Shown here in pieces: positions 59,481 through 64,000 of a stretch of DNA of 64,000 nt. The stretch is from a virus, in the IMG/VR virus record IMGVR_UViG_3300012920_000022, positions 32,001-96,000 of that record; one strand, written 5' to 3'. The notes beneath the pieces were generated by a model. The model did no database searches, had not been told where the DNA came from, and was given only the letters and a program-made list of their open reading frames with translations. Position 1 is the first letter of the stretch. Each line of letters opens with the position of its first letter. The position numbers were made by a program, and so were the translations under genes.

Positions 59481-61109
59481 TTATTCTTCCAATATCCATT
59501 CTCCCATAACTATTTTATTATGGGAATCACCAGTAGTATGTTTTAATATAAAAAACTTTCTACTATTTAATGATTTTAATTCTCTATAATATTCAGATTC
59601 AATTGAGAATACTAATTCTCCCTGGGATTTATTAGATGTTATATCCAAATATTCATTTATATGAATGAATGAATTGTCATTCTTTATGAATGACAATCTA
59701 AATATTCCATCTAATAAATCTATGGGGGTAAGTGAATCACCTTCTTTATTATATAGATTAAATTTTAATATATTATCAAATGGGTTTATGGATATGGATA
59801 ATTCTGATTGAGAAATAATGTTGTTGGAGTCATCATTACCATAACTAACATACACATCATTGTTTGATATGAATCTTATTATGTTTTTTGTTTTAACTAG
59901 TACTTGCCCACTATTTGATATAGATATGTTATCATTTGATACTATCTTATTAACAATGTTTAATGGTCTATTGTTAGTTCCGATATTTAATCTAAGTCTG
60001 GTTTTACCATATTTAGATACATCAAATGATGATAAAAATGACGATTTATTTATTGAGGTTCCATCTGCCCTGTTATATAATCTTAATGTATATTCTATGG
60101 AAAATGATACTGCAATAGCAGCATTTTTTACTATGGGTATCCATTCATTGGGTAAATCAAAATTATCATCTTGATTTACTGTCATATCAAAGGTTTTTAT
60201 AAAATTACCACCCAATTGTTCTAGTAAAGTTATTTCGTGTATTATATAATATGAATTTCCTGCCAATGAATTTAATGAAAATATGTAATCTTCAATAGAT
60301 CCACCATCCCATTGACCAAAATATCTAAAATAGTCCCCGTCTTCGGCTTCTTCTATAACAGCAGTCAATAAATCGAATTCATCTTTAGACTTTATGGAGA
60401 ACCTAAAGTTATTACCTATTATCAGATTCGCATACCCATTAACATAATCTACTGAATTTATTTCTTTAAATTCATAATATAAATTAACTTGATCTACTAA
60501 TCCCACACCATTAGTTATTATATGGGAAAAAGTATTGGGATTACCTATATTTGCCTGTTGGTTATCAAGTGACCATGCAAAACTTGGTATGATATATTCT
60601 ACATATTTATCAAATACAATGCCTGATATAAATATGGGTTTTGGATTAAAGTATATTAATTCATTATCTATATTTATATATGCATTTTCCAGTATTTTAA
60701 TTTTATTATTATTTTTCATTCTCCAATATATGGTGGATATAAATCCAGATATATTTGGAAAATTGTATCCGGATATCATGTGTATTCTTAATACATCATA
60801 TTTGATATTTAGATTTATTGGGAAAGTTATATCATTCACCGATACATTATCATCAAATAATTCATAGGGATATGCATTATCTTCATCTAATAATATAAAT
60901 TTATTAGATAATAAATCTACCGCAGTTTTGTCTTTTGTATTTTTAGTTTTTAATTTGGCGTTTTCTTTATTGATAATTATATCCGCATTATCATATTCGT
61001 TGGTTACTCGTTGAAACCCATAGGTGGAGGTATCAAATGATATATCATTTGATTTATACATGTATTCTGCTAAAAAATATTCATTAATGCGGAAAAATAT
61101 GGAAGCCAT
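59481..61109 (-). CDS. putative virion structural protein
   Basis: 542 aa, beta-rich; GATATATAAT box upstream (61121-61130, minus). Confidence 0.6.
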   Translation of the reverse strand: MASIFFRINEYFLAEYMYKSNDISFDTSTYGFQRVTNEYDNADIIINKENAKLKTKNTKDKTAVDLLSNKFILLDEDNAYPYELFDDNVSVNDITFPINLNIKYDVLRIHMISGYNFPNISGFISTIYWRMKNNNKIKILENAYINIDNELIYFNPKPIFISGIVFDKYVEYIIPSFAWSLDNQQANIGNPNTFSHIITNGVGLVDQVNLYYEFKEINSVDYVNGYANLIIGNNFRFSIKSKDEFDLLTAVIEEAEDGDYFRYFGQWDGGSIEDYIFSLNSLAGNSYYIIHEITLLEQLGGNFIKTFDMTVNQDDNFDLPNEWIPIVKNAAIAVSFSIEYTLRLYNRADGTSINKSSFLSSFDVSKYGKTRLRLNIGTNNRPLNIVNKIVSNDNISISNSGQVLVKTKNIIRFISNNDVYVSYGNDDSNNIISQSELSISINPFDNILKFNLYNKEGDSLTPIDLLDGIFRLSFIKNDNSFIHINEYLDITSNKSQGELVFSIESEYYRELKSLNSRKFFILKHTTGDSHNKIVMGEWILEE

Positions 61110-61130
61110 ATGATTTTTAGATTATATATC

Positions 61131-61187
61131 ATATGACAATATGATATATTACATTACATGGCACGATTTTTGTAATATTTAGTGTAA
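61131..61187 (+). promoter_or_regulatory. composite promoter copy 6 (degenerate right palindrome arm)
   Basis: ATATGACA-ATA-TGATATAT then TGGCACGATTTTTGTAATATTTAGTGTAA. Confidence 0.75.
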
Positions 61188-61211
61188 AGATTTTTTAACT
61201 TAAAAAATAAT

Positions 61212-61952
61212 ATGGAAACATCAATAAACAAAGTAAATCCAATTGATTTAACTAAATTTGATTTAGTTAATCCAGTTACTAAAGAATTAGTAACATCATA
61301 TTTGGTATGTTATGGTAATAGCATGGAATCTTTGGTTGATTATTATAATATTAACCAAAGATCATTTATTACCGTGGATTCTGTTGGTAATCATTATTTA
61401 GTTAATGGGGATGATACTACATTGTTGACTAAAAATCATCTAGAAATACTGGAAAAAGATATTGGAAAACATTATAATTCATCAGATTTTTACATGGATG
61501 TAGACGTATCCGATTTCATTGATTGGGGGGATATTGACATAAAGTATATAGTGAAAATCGCGGATAAACAGGAACTAGATAGAAAGCTTGCTGCGCTAAG
61601 CAAAATTGAATCCATTGTGAATAGATCTGATCCAGATTTTTCATATAAAGACATATACATACACGATAAACCAAAGGACTATATAGCTGCAAAAACTTGG
61701 CTGCGTGAAATAGATCCAAACTACCATTTTGTTACTTATGTGATTAATGGTGAGCATGAGATATTGCTGGAAGTTACAAGATCGCTTGCACCATCTCAGT
61801 TGGATACTGAATCTCAGTTCAATGATATGGTGGTAAAAATTACTAATCTTGATACTGGTATATATAAACATGATGGATTGATTAATAGTTTAAATTACGA
61901 TATCAAATCATTGAATCGTAGCATAATCGAGCTAACTCACTGTGTAATTTAG
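61212..61952 (+). CDS. hypothetical protein, paralogue family B
   Basis: Collinear with 61996 (KPKDY.AAK.W, LLEVTRS.APSQL, KITNL). Confidence 0.85.
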   Translation: METSINKVNPIDLTKFDLVNPVTKELVTSYLVCYGNSMESLVDYYNINQRSFITVDSVGNHYLVNGDDTTLLTKNHLEILEKDIGKHYNSSDFYMDVDVSDFIDWGDIDIKYIVKIADKQELDRKLAALSKIESIVNRSDPDFSYKDIYIHDKPKDYIAAKTWLREIDPNYHFVTYVINGEHEILLEVTRSLAPSQLDTESQFNDMVVKITNLDTGIYKHDGLINSLNYDIKSLNRSIIELTHCVI

Positions 61953-61995
61953 TAACTTATCATATTATAAAATTATTAAAAACTGAAAAAATCAT

Positions 61996-62739
61996 ATGGG
62001 AACACCAACAAACACAATAGATCCTCTTAATTTATCTAGTTTTACTTTAACTAATCCCAAAACTAAGAAATCAGATTCATTCTATTTAGTTTATAATGGG
62101 AATCATATTAATTTTTTGATTAATTATTATAATATCAGCCAAGAATCGTATATTGCTATTAATTCTGCTGGTGACCATTGTATAGTAGATGGAAATAATA
62201 TGATGATGATATTAGAAGATCATCATATTATGAAATTAGAACATAACATCACAAAATGTTATATTCCATCAGATTTTTATATGAGTACCCAAATTATTGA
62301 CCGCGTAAATTGGGGAGATTTTAATATCAAACCAATAATAATGATAGAACACCAGGAAGAGCTGGATAAAAAAACCAAATTATTGGATAGGATTGGATCT
62401 ATGATTAATAAATCCAATCCCAGTTTTTCATATGAAAATATCTTCGTTCTTGGTAAGCCAAAAGATTATATGGCTGCAAAGAAATGGATAACAAGAATAA
62501 ATCCAAATTACTATTGTTGTGCTTATATAATTGATGATAAGCACGAAGTGTTATTGGAAGTTACAAGATCATTTGCACCATCTCAGTTGAATGATAAATC
62601 TCAGTTGAATGATATGGTAATAAAAATTACTAATCTAAATAATGGGGATGTTATACATGACGGTGTGGTCAATAATTTATATTATGGTTTAGATAATATA
62701 AAAAATAGTGTTATTAAATTATTAAATAATTTAATATAG
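61996..62739 (+). CDS. hypothetical protein, paralogue family B
   Basis: Tandem paralogue of 61212. Confidence 0.85.
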   Translation: MGTPTNTIDPLNLSSFTLTNPKTKKSDSFYLVYNGNHINFLINYYNISQESYIAINSAGDHCIVDGNNMMMILEDHHIMKLEHNITKCYIPSDFYMSTQIIDRVNWGDFNIKPIIMIEHQEELDKKTKLLDRIGSMINKSNPSFSYENIFVLGKPKDYMAAKKWITRINPNYYCCAYIIDDKHEVLLEVTRSFAPSQLNDKSQLNDMVIKITNLNNGDVIHDGVVNNLYYGLDNIKNSVIKLLNNLI

Positions 62740-62747
62740 ACAATAAT

Positions 62748-63371
62748 ATGAGGTTATCGGATGAAATTAATTTGTTTAATTTGCAAAAATTAACAGATTC
62801 ATTATTACTTGATCCAGCATTTGCTGATGAATATAGTCATTTAGAACAACACATGATACTATATCACGGTGATTATATGGATTACATACTAGACAATTTA
62901 TATGATAGTCATATGGCTATATTAAATTCATGTATTTCCATAAATCAGCATGGTGAATTATATTTGATAATTGAAAATAATTATAATTATCATGCTGAAT
63001 TAATACCAGATGAGTATATTGAAGCTCAACGCGTGATATTTAATAAAAGATATATGGAGTTTATTGATTGTGATCATTTACCCTGGGATGATGTAAATTA
63101 TGATAAGTGTTACGGATTGATAAAACTTGATAACATAGATGGTTTTTATAAATCGTTATCATTAATTATGCCGAATTATCATTACCAGTATTGCCAAATT
63201 AAAGATATGAATATAGTGATAGAGTATGCTGATAATAGATTTTTAGGTGGTGATCATATGTTTGTCAAAACTACTAATGTTGATAATGGTAAATCAATAT
63301 GTAATAGATCCATTGACAATTTGGAGGATACTGTAATAAATTTACTTCGCAATCTAGACTTTATCATGTAG
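62748..63371 (+). CDS. hypothetical protein, paralogue family B
   Basis: LYHGDYM, ISINQHGELY, IEY, KTTNVDNG as in 54597. Confidence 0.8.
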   Translation: MRLSDEINLFNLQKLTDSLLLDPAFADEYSHLEQHMILYHGDYMDYILDNLYDSHMAILNSCISINQHGELYLIIENNYNYHAELIPDEYIEAQRVIFNKRYMEFIDCDHLPWDDVNYDKCYGLIKLDNIDGFYKSLSLIMPNYHYQYCQIKDMNIVIEYADNRFLGGDHMFVKTTNVDNGKSICNRSIDNLEDTVINLLRNLDFIM

Positions 63372-63439
63372 TTATCATAATATAGATATCCCCAACTATA
63401 ACTAATTTATAGTTGGGGATATCTATATTATGATAACTA
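63369..63439. repeat. 33-bp perfect hairpin, loop CTAAT
   Basis: tagttatcataatatagatatccccaactataa-ctaat-ttatagttggggatatctatattatgataacta. Confidence 0.92.
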
Positions 63440-63594
63440 ATAAGTTCCTGGTGGTGGATTACCAGCATCTAAACCATAATTACCAGCTAATACATCTATA
63501 GCCATTGATGTATATTTAACATATTGATCATGATTTGGTAAAGGATCAACCATGTTAGTCCTAACACGCATGGTATATGACATTTTGTCATACT

Positions 63595-63643
63595 ATACAT
63601 ATATCCCCAACTATAAATTAGTTATAGTTGGGGATATATGTAT
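63595..63643. repeat. 22-bp perfect hairpin, loop ATTAG (inverted copy of the previous hairpin core)
   Basis: atacatatatccccaactataa-attag-ttatagttggggatatatgtat. Confidence 0.92.
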
Positions 63644-63650
63644 TATGTGA

Positions 63651-64000
63651 TTATTTATTTGCCTTTTTGTTAATTATTTTGATGGCTTTATTATAAACCA
63701 TTTTACCAACTTCAATATTACGCTCTTTACAAGCCTGTGTAAGCTCTTCTGCACTATTTAATGCGCCAAGTTCTTTTACTAGAGAATTTATTTTTACTGA
63801 TTTAACTCTTTGGTAAGTCAAATCCATAGATTTGGCAATTTCAGTTATCGAATAATTTTTACTCAATAACTCTCTAATTCTGTCATTTTTTGTTAATTCT
63901 TCGTTAGATGCTATTTCCATTCCAGCATCGTCCATTTCCTTACCATTTAATCTCCTGGTTGCTGTTGTTTTAGGCTTTTGAGTGGTAAAATGCTTTCTCA
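63651..64000 (-). CDS. helix-turn-helix DNA-binding protein, start probably beyond the window edge
   Basis: RIRELLSKNYSITEIAKSMDLTYQRVKSV HTH; frame stays open upstream of ATG 63935 to the window end. Confidence 0.65.
   Translation of the reverse strand, partial: RKHFTTQKPKTTATRRLNGKEMDDAGMEIASNEELTKNDRIRELLSKNYSITEIAKSMDLTYQRVKSVKINSLVKELGALNSAEELTQACKERNIEVGKMVYNKAIKIINKKANK

Noticed and set aside
1-64000. Stop-codon reassignment (as in Lak or some crAss-like phages)
   Set aside because: Genes up to 1553 aa are intact in code 11, and TAA, TAG and TGA all end genes at tight junctions; the single internal TAA at 58132 is isolated
1-64000. Eukaryotic giant virus or bacterial chromosome origin suggested by LRRs and two-component genes
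   Set aside because: T4-like primase, SSB, UvsW, baseplate, neck, tail collar and amidase endolysin in tight operons indicate a tailed bacteriophage
1-64000. tRNA or rRNA genes
   Set aside because: No cloverleaf or T-loop signatures seen in the few intergenic gaps

Overview
This is a 64 kb, very AT-rich (roughly 25% GC by eye), gene-dense segment of a large T4-like or jumbo tailed dsDNA phage, read in standard code 11. The host is probably Bacteroidota, inferred from the style of the receiver domain, NrdJ, LRRs and promoters. Core content is a T4-type replication/recombination block (gp32-like SSB, gp61-like primase, UvsY-like, UvsW), PIF1 helicase, class II RNR, GroES, an amidase endolysin, and many large neck, baseplate and tail-fibre proteins preceded by ATAAATA late-promoter-like boxes. 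Three things stand out. (1) The adenylosuccinate-synthetase homologue carries the PurZ diagnostic substitutions, suggesting 2-aminoadenine (Z) DNA in a T4-like jumbo phage. (2) There are 13 paralogous leucine-rich-repeat (LRR) genes with a shared N-terminal cap, variable repeat number, recent repeat duplications and two disrupted copies. (3) A six-copy composite promoter (TGACA-N3-TGTCA palindrome centred exactly 20 bp upstream of a sigma54-like TGGYAC..TTGT box) heads the accessory cassettes holding 12 of the 13 LRR genes, and four copies sit back-to-back with late-type boxes of divergent structural genes. Also present are an orphan DUF4007/SspB-like gene, a split two-component set and long hairpins with flipped loops. 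All calls come from motif recognition by eye; no database searches were run.
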